A program made the translations under genes and the position numbers. 64,000 nucleotides of DNA from Candidatus Poriferihabitaceae bacterium (GTDB lineage Bacteria; Pseudomonadota; Gammaproteobacteria; Arenicellales; Poriferihabitantaceae), in contig OZ244914.1 of the NCBI GenBank assembly GCA_965221795.1, forward strand, positions 3,130,030 through 3,194,029. Direction: 5' to 3'. This document shows positions 27,648-37,232 of the stretch, piece after piece. A model generated the notes under the pieces. That model saw only the letters and a program-made list of their open reading frames with translations. It was not told where the DNA came from and made no database searches. Positions within the stretch are counted from its first letter, which is position 1; each line of letters opens with the position of its first letter.

Positions 27648-29192
27648 ATGCAGCAGATACTGTCACAACTTGGCCAGTACTGGACTACCGTGATCGAATT
27701 CTTCCTGTTCGATCCGGCCTTGTTGGCAGAGCCAGACATGATTGTTCGGCTCTGTATACAGCTGTTTCTGCTCGCGGGCTCCGCATTTTTCTCCAGTTCT
27801 GAAACCGCGCTCTTTTCCCTGTCCCGACTGGACCTGCAGCAACTCCGAAGAGAAAGAAATCCCCGGGCTGAAACCATCCATGCCTTGTTGGATCAGCCGC
27901 GCCGGCTGATTATCTCCATCCTCTCCGGTAACGAACTGGTCAATATCGCGGCGTCGGTCAATATGGCCGGGATCCTGGTGACGCTGTATGGTGGGCAGGA
28001 TGCCGGATGGATCAACCTCCTGGTCATGGTCCCGCTGTTGTTGCTGGTAGGTGAGGTTACGCCCAAGACGATCGCAGTATCCAATCCGGTGCGGTACAGT
28101 GCCCGTATTGTGGCAGTCCCCATGCAGTTATGGGTGCAGCTGATGGCTCCGGTTATCTGGTTGATTCGGGCCGTGGCCGACCGTGTAACCACTTGGGTGG
28201 TCGGCGAAGCCAAGACAGCCGACAACATCCTGCAGGTCGATGAATTTTTGACGCTGGTGGAACAGGTCTCCAAGGAGGGGGTGCTGGATGCCACGGAACG
28301 GGCACTGATCTATAATCTGTTGGATGCTGGCGAGACCGAAATCGTGGAAGTGATGGCCCCCCGGACCCAAATGGCATTCATTAATTATGACATGCCCTTT
28401 ACCGAAGTCGTCGAAAAATTCATTGCCTATCGACATCCCCGAGTTCCGGTCTTCAAGACGCATCGGGATAATCTGGTGGGATTCCTGCATGCGGAGGATA
28501 TTTTGCGCCTGGTGCTGGATGACGCAAATCTGGATCGGATGTCAATCGAAGATGTGATGCATCCTCCGGTTGTGGTGCCGTTGACCAAGAAAGTGGATGA
28601 GATGTTTGATTTTTTTCAGCAGCATAAGGTCCGGGCCGCCGCCTGCTTGAATGAATTTGGCGGAGTCGACGGGTTCATCACCATGCGGGGGGTCCTGAGT
28701 TATATTTTCGGTGATATCAGTGGCGGAACGCCGGCAACCGCACGGTTATATACGGAAAAGGATATCAACGTGTATGATGTTCCCGGCGAGATGCGGCTGA
28801 CGGATTTCGATGACCTGACTAATTTTGGCATCTGGGATCCGCGGATGACCACGATTGGCGGGGTCGCATTCCGTCATTTGGATTGCTTGCCTAAAAAGGG
28901 CGACCGGGTGGCCTTTGATGATATCCAGATCGAGGTGTTGGAAATGGATGAGCACCGGATTGCCCGAGTTCGGGTTGCTCAAGGTATGGACCTGGATGAT
29001 TTGACTGACGAAAAGGAGGTCCATGTAACCGACCAGGATGATCTCAAGGACAAGACTCTCAATCGCCCGGATGCGGAAGCCGTGGAAGAGGGAGTGGATG
29101 AGGGGGTAGAGGTCGCCAATGAAGAGGATGTGGACCTTTTTGAGGATGACAGCGACGAACCGCGGGAGAGGAAGACGGGGACCGTATCATGA
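27648..29192 (+). CDS. CNNM/DUF21-CBS-CorC_HlyC family transporter (CorB/TlyC-like) with an acidic C-terminal tail
   Basis: FFSSSETALFSLS (DUF21), a CBS pair region, a CorC/HlyC C-terminal domain, then a D/E-rich tail of about 70 aa. Confidence 0.8.
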   Translation: MQQILSQLGQYWTTVIEFFLFDPALLAEPDMIVRLCIQLFLLAGSAFFSSSETALFSLSRLDLQQLRRERNPRAETIHALLDQPRRLIISILSGNELVNIAASVNMAGILVTLYGGQDAGWINLLVMVPLLLLVGEVTPKTIAVSNPVRYSARIVAVPMQLWVQLMAPVIWLIRAVADRVTTWVVGEAKTADNILQVDEFLTLVEQVSKEGVLDATERALIYNLLDAGETEIVEVMAPRTQMAFINYDMPFTEVVEKFIAYRHPRVPVFKTHRDNLVGFLHAEDILRLVLDDANLDRMSIEDVMHPPVVVPLTKKVDEMFDFFQQHKVRAAACLNEFGGVDGFITMRGVLSYIFGDISGGTPATARLYTEKDINVYDVPGEMRLTDFDDLTNFGIWDPRMTTIGGVAFRHLDCLPKKGDRVAFDDIQIEVLEMDEHRIARVRVAQGMDLDDLTDEKEVHVTDQDDLKDKTLNRPDAEAVEEGVDEGVEVANEEDVDLFEDDSDEPRERKTGTVS

Positions 29193-30451
29193 TCATGTTC
29201 CTGCTGATTTTGCTGGTGGTGTTTCTGTTGCTGCTTAAGGGGTTTTTCTCGGGTTCGGAGATTGCCTTGGTCAATTGCGACAAGGTCAAACTGAGTGCCC
29301 GAGCCAATCAGGGAAACAAGGGAGCCCGAAAAGTACTGCAGCTCTTCAAGTCGCCGGAAAATATGCTGGGTACTACGCTGGTGGGTACCAATATTGCAAC
29401 CGTTGCGCTGACGACCCTGGTGACCGTGCTGTTTATCGATCTGTTTGGGGAGGGCGGTGAGCTTTGGGCATTGGTAATTTTCACCCCCCTGTTGTTGATT
29501 TTGGGTGAAATTGTTCCCAAAAGTATCTATCAGCAAAAATCGGATTTGATCGCACCAGTTGCCATTTATCCGCTCAGGGTATTTTCCATTCTGTTTTACC
29601 CCGTCATTTTTGTCTTTTCCCGTATCGCTCGCCTGTTGGCAAGAATGTTTGGTGGTGGCAAGGTGGAACAGAATGTTTTCATGACCCGGGAGCAGATTCG
29701 CTCCGTGGTGGAAATGACCGAGATGACCTCGGAGTTGGATGCTTTCGACCGTAGTCGTATCAAACGGGTCATACGCTTTGGGGAAACCACGGTGGGAGAG
29801 GCCATGATCCCGATCAGTGAGGTAACGGCCATCGAAAAGAACCGGAATATCCTCCGTGCGGTGGCTTCGGTACGACGCTACGGATTCAACCGCCTGCCGG
29901 TTTATGATGTCAACATCAGCAACATCATCGGGATTGTCACGTTGACCACTTGGGATCTTATGGACAAGTCTCTGTTGGGGAAGCAACTCTCTGCACTGAT
30001 CCAACCGGCATACTATGTACTCCCTTTCCAGACCATTGACCAACTATTACCGGTTCTCCGGAAACGGAATGACCACATGGCGGTGGTGGTGGATGAATTT
30101 GGTTCCGCAATCGGCATCATCACTATGGAGGATATTGTCGAGGAAGTGGTCGGCGACATTGATGTGGGCTATGATTTTGAGGAATATATGCCCCGGCGGC
30201 GGCATGTGTTCGAAAAGCTGGGGGATGGTGCCTATCTGCTGGATTCGCGGATGTCCGTTTCCGATGTCAATGACATCCTGGAGGTGAGCCTGAATACCAA
30301 AACCAGCCATACGATCGGTGGACTCGTGATGGCACAACTCGGTCGTATTCCGGTGCAGGGGGAACAGATTGTGGAGCAGGGGTATCGTTTTGTAGTGGAA
30401 ACCACCACAGACCGTGCTGTGCAGAAGCTGCGTGTAGAACCGGCGGCCTAG
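29189..30451 (+). CDS. CNNM/DUF21-CBS-CorC_HlyC family transporter (paralog)
   Basis: FFSGSEIALVNCD, CBS region and CorC_HlyC tail (FVVETTTDRAVQKLRV). ATGA overlap with the preceding gene. Confidence 0.8.
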   Translation: MIMFLLILLVVFLLLLKGFFSGSEIALVNCDKVKLSARANQGNKGARKVLQLFKSPENMLGTTLVGTNIATVALTTLVTVLFIDLFGEGGELWALVIFTPLLLILGEIVPKSIYQQKSDLIAPVAIYPLRVFSILFYPVIFVFSRIARLLARMFGGGKVEQNVFMTREQIRSVVEMTEMTSELDAFDRSRIKRVIRFGETTVGEAMIPISEVTAIEKNRNILRAVASVRRYGFNRLPVYDVNISNIIGIVTLTTWDLMDKSLLGKQLSALIQPAYYVLPFQTIDQLLPVLRKRNDHMAVVVDEFGSAIGIITMEDIVEEVVGDIDVGYDFEEYMPRRRHVFEKLGDGAYLLDSRMSVSDVNDILEVSLNTKTSHTIGGLVMAQLGRIPVQGEQIVEQGYRFVVETTTDRAVQKLRVEPAA

Positions 30452-30461
30452 AGACCGGGCT

Positions 30462-31094
30462 GTGCTGGAGCAGGAACTCAAATTTACGGTAGTAGATCGT
30501 GCGCTATTGGATGCGATACTGACTTCTGCGTTCATACAGTGTCTGATCGTTGGAGATTGCTGTCCGACGGCTGAGTGCTTTTCCGGCGCTTATCTGGATA
30601 CCCCGGAACGGGCATTGGAGCATCGGCGTTGTTCTCTACGGGTTCGACAGGAAGGGGCTGGGCTTCGTGCGGCCCTCAAGTTACCTGGCCGCATTGTGGA
30701 CGGGCTTTCTACCCGGGAAGAATATGAAGTCGATGTCCACCAATGGCCTGAGACGGTGTCCGCACTGCCGGATGGAGACTTTCGGTCACGATTGGCCCGG
30801 CTCATTCCGGTGGACCGCCCACTGGTTCCAAGAGTACGGGTGGATATGAAGCGACGCAGGACCCTGCTGCAACGAGGCGATAGTATTCTGGAATTGGTGT
30901 TAGATGATGGGACTATCCATTGCTGTGATGCATCCGTTGGCCTCTGTGAAATCGAACTGGAGCTCAAGCAGGGCGACCTACAGGACCTGCTGGACGTGGG
31001 AAAACAGATCGAACATCAATATCCATTGACACGCTCCCGGCTCAGCAAACATGAAATCGGTCTCAAGCTATGTGAGCCAACTCATGGAACTTGA
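30462..31094 (+). CDS. CYTH-domain protein (inorganic triphosphatase-like)
   Basis: N-terminal EQELKF (ExExK), then LRVRQ and CEIELELK motifs. GTG start. Confidence 0.75.
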   Translation: MLEQELKFTVVDRALLDAILTSAFIQCLIVGDCCPTAECFSGAYLDTPERALEHRRCSLRVRQEGAGLRAALKLPGRIVDGLSTREEYEVDVHQWPETVSALPDGDFRSRLARLIPVDRPLVPRVRVDMKRRRTLLQRGDSILELVLDDGTIHCCDASVGLCEIELELKQGDLQDLLDVGKQIEHQYPLTRSRLSKHEIGLKLCEPTHGT

Positions 31095-31635
31095 TTTGTC
31101 GACAGGACATATTCCTGGTGCGGTCTGGCAACCTTCCCCCAATCAGGACGCACGGCCGGCCGATGCGGCCATTGACACACTGGTCATCCACAGTATCAGT
31201 CTTCCTCCCAATCAGTTTGGTGGTGGGCATATTGTCGAGTTATTCACCAACTGCCTGCGTCCGGATGCTGATCCATATTTTGCCGAAGTCAGTCATCTGC
31301 GGGTCTCTGCCCATTTTCTGATTGATCGAAAGGGGATGCTGAGCCAGTTTGTCCCGGTTCACCAGCGGGCATGGCATGCCGGTGAGTCCTGGTTTCGGGG
31401 ACGAGACGGTGTGAATGACTTTTCGATTGGGATTGAGCTGGAGGGAGGAGAAACCCAGCCCTACTTGCCATGCCAGTATGACACTCTTGTGGACCTGACA
31501 TGTGCACTGCGGGCCGCGTTCCCGGCGATTACACGGGATCGGATCACCGGGCACAGTGATATCGCTCCGGGGCGAAAAACCGATCCGGGCACACACTTCG
31601 ACTGGGATGAATACCTGGGTCGGTTGGTCGATTAA
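31084..31635 (+). CDS. ampD: 1,6-anhydro-N-acetylmuramyl-L-alanine amidase
   Basis: LVIHSISLPP...VSAHFLIDRKGMLSQFVPVHQRAWHAGESWFRGRDGVNDFSIGIELEG...ITGHSDIAPGRKTDPG matches AmpD (amidase_2). Confidence 0.9.
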   Translation: MELDLSTGHIPGAVWQPSPNQDARPADAAIDTLVIHSISLPPNQFGGGHIVELFTNCLRPDADPYFAEVSHLRVSAHFLIDRKGMLSQFVPVHQRAWHAGESWFRGRDGVNDFSIGIELEGGETQPYLPCQYDTLVDLTCALRAAFPAITRDRITGHSDIAPGRKTDPGTHFDWDEYLGRLVD

Positions 31636-32054
31636 ATTCCGGGAATATGGCAGGAGTCTGCAAAAGCGATACTGGACGGGTGCGCGATGTGAATACGGTA
31701 GTTTCGGATTGAACGCTACCATCTCGTCCCATCCCAGGATATTCGCAGTCCCGGCAGGGGCAAGAAGGGGACAGTAGGTGGAGTGGGTTATCAAGAAATG
31801 TTTGGGATAATGGTATTACAAACCGGCTTTCTGGTAACAACCCTATGCCAATGGCGATTTCGAAGACCGTCCGATGGATCGGTTGTTCATTTCTTACTGG
31901 CGGACACAGTGTCGTATAGTACGCAGCAGAGGCGTCTCGGATGTTGAGGAAAATCGGCTGCATTCGATATGGGAAAGGATGATGATTCTGGCCGATCGGA
32001 TCTTGACTAATTACAGTGGCTGTTTTCTAATCGCTCCTCAGAAATTTGACTCTT

Positions 32055-32127
32055 GGCCAGGTAGCTCAGTCGGTAGAGCAGGGGACTGAAAATCCCCGTG
32101 TCGGCAGTTCGATTCTGTCCCTGGCCA
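32055..32127 (+). tRNA. tRNA-Phe (anticodon GAA), CCA not fully encoded
   Basis: ggccaggtagctcagtcggtagagcaggggactGAAaatccccgtgtcggcagttcgattctgtccctggcca has a canonical cloverleaf. It is followed by cct. Confidence 0.93.
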
Positions 32128-32214
32128 CCTCCAACCTCCCCTTGGATAGTAGAAAATCGGGTTATGTTCAGGCCAGGTTGGCCGCATTTGCCTTGCATCG
32201 TGCAACAGTCCAGT

Positions 32215-32236
32215 GGGACCGCAGGTCCGTTTTTTA
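32215..32236 (+). terminator. short hairpin plus T6, possible intrinsic terminator downstream of tRNA-Phe
   Basis: ggacc-gca-ggtcc followed by gtttttt. Confidence 0.4.
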
Positions 32237-32333
32237 ATCCCATGGGGGCAGCCGGCCATGTCGTCATTCCTTGGTCAGCTTGATTGTGGGTGCCAAATGG
32301 TCCTTTTCATTCTTCTGCTGATGGAGCCTTGAT

Positions 32334-34175
32334 ATGACGGTGACCGGAAATATGTCCCGGCAAGCATTGCGATATCAGGTCGATGAGAAGCCTTCCGCCG
32401 CGCTGTCATTGGGTCTGGGTGTCCAACTGGCCATTCTGATTCTCGGTGGCATTGTCCTGACGCCCGCGATCATTGTTCGGGCGGCAGATGGGCCCGAGGA
32501 TTACCTCTCATGGGCTGTATTTGCTGCGGTGGCGATCAGTGGACTGACGACAGTATTACAAGCCATTCGGGTTGGGCGCATCGGATCCGGTTATGTGCTG
32601 GCCATGGGGACGTCGGGAAGCTTTATTGCCATCAGTGTAGCGGCACTCTCCAAAGGCGGACCAGGGATGCTGGCTACATTGGTAGCAGTTTCTGCCCTGT
32701 TCCAGTTCATACTCTCGGCCCGGCTTTCGTTGTTGCGCAGGATACTCACACCTACGGTCGCCGGAACGGTGATCATGCTGATCCCAGTCACCGTCATGCC
32801 CATTATTTTCGATATGCTGGAGGAGAATCCTGTGGTTGCGGGCGCGGCAGCTCCGATCAGTGCTTCGGTGACCTTGCTGATCATTATGGGCATTACGCTC
32901 TTCTCGACCGGCATATTGCGTTTGTGGGCACCGGTTATCGGGGTTGTGATAGGGTCTGCAATTGCCGGCTTCTATGGGATGTTCGATATTGCCCGGGTGG
33001 TGGAAGCCCCATGGCTAGGGCTGCCGCATGGAACCTGGCCGGGGCTGGAATTCAGTTTTAGTCCCGTGTTCTGGACACTGCTTCCGGGCTTCATCTTTGT
33101 GACTCTGGTAGGAGCAGTGGAGACCGTAGGAGATTCGGTCGCGATTCAACGTGCCTCATGGCGCAAGCCCCGTTCCATTGACTATCGGACGGTACAAGGT
33201 GCAGTGACTGCAGATGGCATAGGAAACCTGTTGTCAGGACTTGCCGCGACCGTCCCGAACACAACGTATTCCACCAGTGTAGCAATTACCGAACTCACCG
33301 GAGTGGCGTCCCGTCAAATTGGCGTCATGTTGGGGGGCATTGTGATGCTTATTGCCTTCTTCCCCAAGCTTATTGCATTGGTGGTTGCGATTCCCGGACC
33401 GGTTGCGGCGGCTTACCTCACCGCACTCCTGGCGATGCTGTTTGTGTTGGGAATGAAAATCGTGGTCCAGGATGGTTTGATTTATCGCAAGGCATTGATT
33501 GTCGGGATATCCTTCTGGCTTGGTGTCGGGTTCCAGAATGGATTGATTTTCGCGGATCATCTGCCGGATTTTGCCCGACACCTGCTCGAAAACGGGATGA
33601 CCGCAGGCGGCATTGTGGCGATGGTGCTGACCTTGGCGATGGAAGCCCATGCGCCTCACCGAAAACGCCTGCAAGCCCCATTTGATGTATCCGCATTGCC
33701 CAAAATCAGTCAGTTTCTTGCCGAGTTTGCCTCCAGTAATGATTTTAGCAAAGAAGTCGCCTACCGTTTGGATGCGGTCGCCGAAGAAACCATGTTGGCT
33801 TTACTGGCCCAGTCCGGAAAGTCGGAAACCTTGGCGGTGAGTGAAGTGCGCCGCTCCATGCTTGGCCTGAGACCAGCGGCAGCATATGATTCGGAAGAAC
33901 GCGCCATGGAAACCCTTCAGCGCCAGAATTTGTTGCTGACTGCACATCGGGAAGCGAGCACGGCCGTGCTGGAGTTCATCGCCGGGCCGGGAGAGGAAAA
34001 CCTGCAAGATCGCATTACATTGCTTGGAGAGCGGGCTGAAGAATCCTATCCGGAACGTGAGATATCCCTTCGATTATTGCGGCATCTTGCTTCATCTGTT
34101 CATCACCAGCAGTATTTTGATACGGATATCGTGACGGTGATTGTGGATTGCCAGGCGAGCAGTAGTGCCGTTTGA
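32334..34175 (+). CDS. NCS2 (xanthine/uracil permease) family transporter with a C-terminal cytoplasmic extension of about 150 aa
   Basis: About 450 aa of polytopic NCS2-like sequence (GSGYVLAMGTSGSF, TTYSTSVAITELTGV), followed by a soluble, helix-rich tail. Confidence 0.75.
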   Translation: MTVTGNMSRQALRYQVDEKPSAALSLGLGVQLAILILGGIVLTPAIIVRAADGPEDYLSWAVFAAVAISGLTTVLQAIRVGRIGSGYVLAMGTSGSFIAISVAALSKGGPGMLATLVAVSALFQFILSARLSLLRRILTPTVAGTVIMLIPVTVMPIIFDMLEENPVVAGAAAPISASVTLLIIMGITLFSTGILRLWAPVIGVVIGSAIAGFYGMFDIARVVEAPWLGLPHGTWPGLEFSFSPVFWTLLPGFIFVTLVGAVETVGDSVAIQRASWRKPRSIDYRTVQGAVTADGIGNLLSGLAATVPNTTYSTSVAITELTGVASRQIGVMLGGIVMLIAFFPKLIALVVAIPGPVAAAYLTALLAMLFVLGMKIVVQDGLIYRKALIVGISFWLGVGFQNGLIFADHLPDFARHLLENGMTAGGIVAMVLTLAMEAHAPHRKRLQAPFDVSALPKISQFLAEFASSNDFSKEVAYRLDAVAEETMLALLAQSGKSETLAVSEVRRSMLGLRPAAAYDSEERAMETLQRQNLLLTAHREASTAVLEFIAGPGEENLQDRITLLGERAEESYPEREISLRLLRHLASSVHHQQYFDTDIVTVIVDCQASSSAV

Positions 34176-34481
34176 ATAGGGTATGAGCGGGTACGCCATT
34201 TCGATTCATAGAGGGTTTCGGCCGAACCTGCTCCATCATGCCCCATCACCCGGCCCCTTTTTTCCGTACGAATAGGGGGCAGTGGCAGGCATATTCAAAA
34301 GTCCCTGATTTGCCGATTTTAGTGCGGTGCGGGCGAGGCGTCGGGGTGTGTTGAAGGAGGGTCGGGTGCTGGCGGACCGTCATGGGCGTACCGACGGGCG
34401 GCCGGGAGCGGACTCAGGCCGCACCGGACGCAATGCGCCGGACGGAGCGCAAGGGGACCGACGTTCGATGCCGGGTGGCGG

Positions 34482-34760
34482 CCTCTCCACCATAGAGGAT
34501 ATATTTATACCTTGCGCCAACATCATCACAGGTTTTGCTGTAGTGTTTCCCGAGTTTGGGCGCAATGCCACACCTGATCTCTATAGCCCAAATTTCAGAC
34601 GATGGCATTTTGATCACCAAATCAATTTCTGCACCCGCCACTGTTCGGTAAAAATAGGTTTCTGAATGGCTGGGCAGGACAGAATGAATATTTTCAATGA
34701 CAAACCCTTCCCAGCTTTTACCCAGCACAGGATTGGACAGAAGCGAGTCATACCCATTGA
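34482..34760 (-). pseudogene. C-terminal fragment of a DUF4143-type AAA ATPase gene
   Basis: NPVLGKSWEGFVIENI...YFYRTVAGAEIDLVIKMPSSEIWAIEIRCG matches the DUF4143 tail (GxLFENxV...YFWRTxxGxEVDFV...IEVK). It is fused in frame to unrelated GC-rich sequence on both sides. Confidence 0.55.
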
Positions 34761-35090
34761 TCCCCCGGCTGGCCGTGCTGCCGCCAGCGTGACGGGTCGA
34801 CGAACGTCTCCGCCAGCAACACCGGATACCCGTGCGCCTTCCGGAAGTCCGCGGACCGCCGCTGCAGGCTCCGCCCAGCGCCCGCGAGGCCAGGTTCGGC
34901 ACCCGGCCGGCCGTACCGCAAAGCGCACGTGGTTCGCCACCAGGTGCAGCCGCGCAAACGGTCGCTCCCGAGTCCACCCGATCCAGGTCGCGCACCCCCA
35001 CCTTGAATGCACCGGCCTCCCACCTCACTAGCGCCAGCCACTGCCCGTCACGCACCTCCACCTCGCCCAGCCAGTTCCCCATCTCTCCGC
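34760..35090 (-). pseudogene. GC-rich DUF4338-like fragment (IS-associated), multiply frameshifted
   Basis: GQWLALVRWEAGAFKVGVRD in one frame and HGYPVLLAETFVDPSR in another. The same kind of sequence recurs at 55.3-55.6 kb. Confidence 0.45.
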
Positions 35091-35148
35091 CACCATCTGG
35101 CTTCTACCGACTTTGTAACACATCTTTTGAATCGTCAGCGATATCTCT

Positions 35149-35940
35149 CCTTCATCTCAAATGTTCTTCGTCTGGACTTTTGAATAGCCCTGACCAGCGG
35201 GCGGGTCGTCGACCCCCGCAGTGCGCTGATCCAGTCCAGGCTCGCCGCCTTCACCTCCTCGCGGATTCTCGCCTCGGCCAGCATCCCGCGATCCCCCACC
35301 AGCACCACCTTCAACCGCCCGAAGCGAGCTCGCAGCTTCTCGATCGGTGGCCCCATGGTCGCCGGGTTGGCGGGGTTGCCAGCAAACACCTCTACCGCCA
35401 TTGGGCAGCCCCCGGCATCGCACCGCAACCCGAACTCGATCGGCAGCTTGGCCCCGCTTGCCGTCCCGGGAGTAACCGTGCCGGGCCAGCAGGCAGTGAC
35501 GTCCTTCCCGGTACCCCGAAGTCCGGTCGTACCGCACCGGCTGTCAGATGCCGCCGGGCCAGCGCCCGCTCCAGCCCCTCTTGACGAGACCGCAACCAGT
35601 CCATGGCCGCGTGCCGGCGACCGTCGCGGCGCAAGGAGCCGGTCTAGGCGCAGTTGGCGGCGCGTACCGAGGACCGCGGCGACGTGCCCATGGGGGGCGG
35701 GAGCGGGCGATGTCAAAGACCTCTTCCCGCCCGACCAGGGGGGCTTCCTTGAGCACCCGGCGCAGGGCCTTGACCTTGGCCGGCGGCCAGTGGGAGAGAT
35801 TGGCGAAGGTGCGTTTCCGGACCTTGCGGCCCTCGTGCTAGTCTTCGCACAGGAGAATAGCGAGTGGGGAATTCCGGTTCGGGACTGTATCGATATACAG
35901 GGGAGCATATAAAAATGCCAGGACGTATTATCCCCCAACG
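35149..35940 (-). pseudogene. IS1634-family transposase fragment (middle part), frameshifted
   Basis: GYSRDGKRGQ in one frame. GCPMAVEVFAGNPANPATMGPPIEKLRARFGRLKVVLVGDRGMLAEARIREEVKAASLDWISALR in another. This is the typical IS1634 DDE-region sequence. Confidence 0.6.
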
Positions 35941-35972
35941 AATCAAGCAGTTGAATCGAAAACTAGCAAGAA

Positions 35973-36600
35973 ATGGGGGGCTTCAGGCTAATAGAGCACT
36001 TGGCACGGGGATTCACTGCGAACACGGAAAGACTGGAAGAGCGCGGCTTGCGCAGGGCACATGAAACACTTGACCGGCGTTCCCGGATTCTTCAGAATTC
36101 GAAACTGGTAGACGATTCCGGGCAAACCGTATTGGATATCATCACTGGATATGCCGCCACATGGCACTTGCTCAGAAGCTATGACGAAGACCAGTGGGAG
36201 TATCCAGCCAGAAGAGGGAACCCTCGCAACCAGGCATTGAATGACTGCCGGACACTCGACGTAATTGCAAGATTCAGGCAGGACCTTGAAGGGTGAGGGA
36301 TGCTCGCTCTTCGGCAATGGCCGGGGAGATGCTCTGGAAGCCATTCTCGGCAATATTGAACCAACCATGTTTGGCGAACCGCTTTACCCAACCCGGAAAC
36401 AAAAGCGGCGCATCTTCTCTATTCCCTAATCAAGGATCATCCGTTCACTGATGGCAACAAGCGCATCGGTTCACGCCTGTTTCTTGTGGCCCTGGAACCG
36501 GAGAGAGTGACGCATCATATCAACCCGCCAGCACTGACCGCTCTCACCCTGTTGATTGCTGCAAGTATGCCGTCCGGGAGGACTTGGTCATTCGTCTCGT
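35973..36600 (+). pseudogene. Fic/DOC-family (RhuM-like, R-M-locus-associated) gene with at least 2 frameshifts
   Basis: Fic motif HPFTDGNKRIG at 36438-36470. The upstream blocks LFGNGRGDALEAILGNIEPTMFGEPLYPTRKQK and AAHLLYSLIKDHPF lie in different frames. There is a stop at 36294-36296. Confidence 0.6.
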
Positions 36601-36629
36601 TGCAAATCTGCTGGATCCGCCAGCATGAA

Positions 36630-36900
36630 GCTATCAACGAATCTGATGTTGCGAATGCTGCGCTTGAGTTGCTGGGTGAATTCGGCTTTACCATCGCACA
36701 CGGATCAAGCATTGACCCTGACAGCGCATCCGAGGAACGAACCTGCTATGACGAGGCCTTGCTGACAGGACGATTGCGCAGGGCATTCCCCCGACTCAAC
36801 CCGCACCTCTCGGAAGACATTTGGGAAGAGGTATTACGCCAATTGTTGCAGACAGACGCGCCTTCTCTGGTCAACGAGAATCGTCGGCTTCATCGTTATT
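36630..36900 (+). pseudogene. hsdR: N-terminal fragment (about 90 aa) of a type I restriction enzyme R subunit
   Basis: NESDVANAALELLGEFGF...ERTCYDEALLTGRLRRAFPRLNPHLSEDIWEEVLRQLL...SLVNENRRLHR matches the conserved HsdR N-terminus. Homology ends near 36897. Confidence 0.6.
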
Positions 36901-37085
36901 CCAGTTCCATCAGTGCAAAGGACGCAAAAGGTGGGGGCGATACAGAGGTTGATTGACCCTGCCGATCCCTATTGTGGGGAGGGCTAGCTGGTGTCAAGCA
37001 ATGATGTGCAAGCCCCAATATTGTCCGGGACGTTGTTGATCGTCAGCCTGCCCTCTTTGAGAATCTCTGACACGCTAGTCGTTCA

Positions 37086-37109
37086 GCTGCCTTCAAGCTT
37101 GAAGGCAGC
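37086..37109. repeat. 24-bp perfect palindrome (gctgccttcaagcttgaaggcagc)
   Basis: Read directly. It is centred on AAGCTT, about 125 bp downstream of the stop of the 37233..38115 gene. Confidence 0.85.
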
Positions 37110-37232
37110 CAGGAACTAACCGGCATGAAGCCTGCATTCAAAACCGGCGGTGTCTCGCCTGGAATGCCCAGGGACGGGGCCCGGTCTGAAAATTGCAGAA
37201 AGAGGCAACCCTTGAATGCGTGACGCAAGTCA

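Noticed and set aside
28979-30043. 354-aa minus-strand ORF over the two CNNM genes. Similar long antisense ORFs lie over secD (43505..44467), ribD/ribE (46157..48003), ribBA/ribH (48437..49890) and amiC.
   Set aside because: They are antisense to genes with clear family motifs. They are typical shadow ORFs.
34760-35090. DUF4338-like pieces as remnants of a Druantia (DruA) defence system.
   Set aside because: Both copies are short, frameshifted, GC-rich and contiguous with transposase fragments (ISAs1, IS1634). No DruB-E-like genes or large helicase are present.
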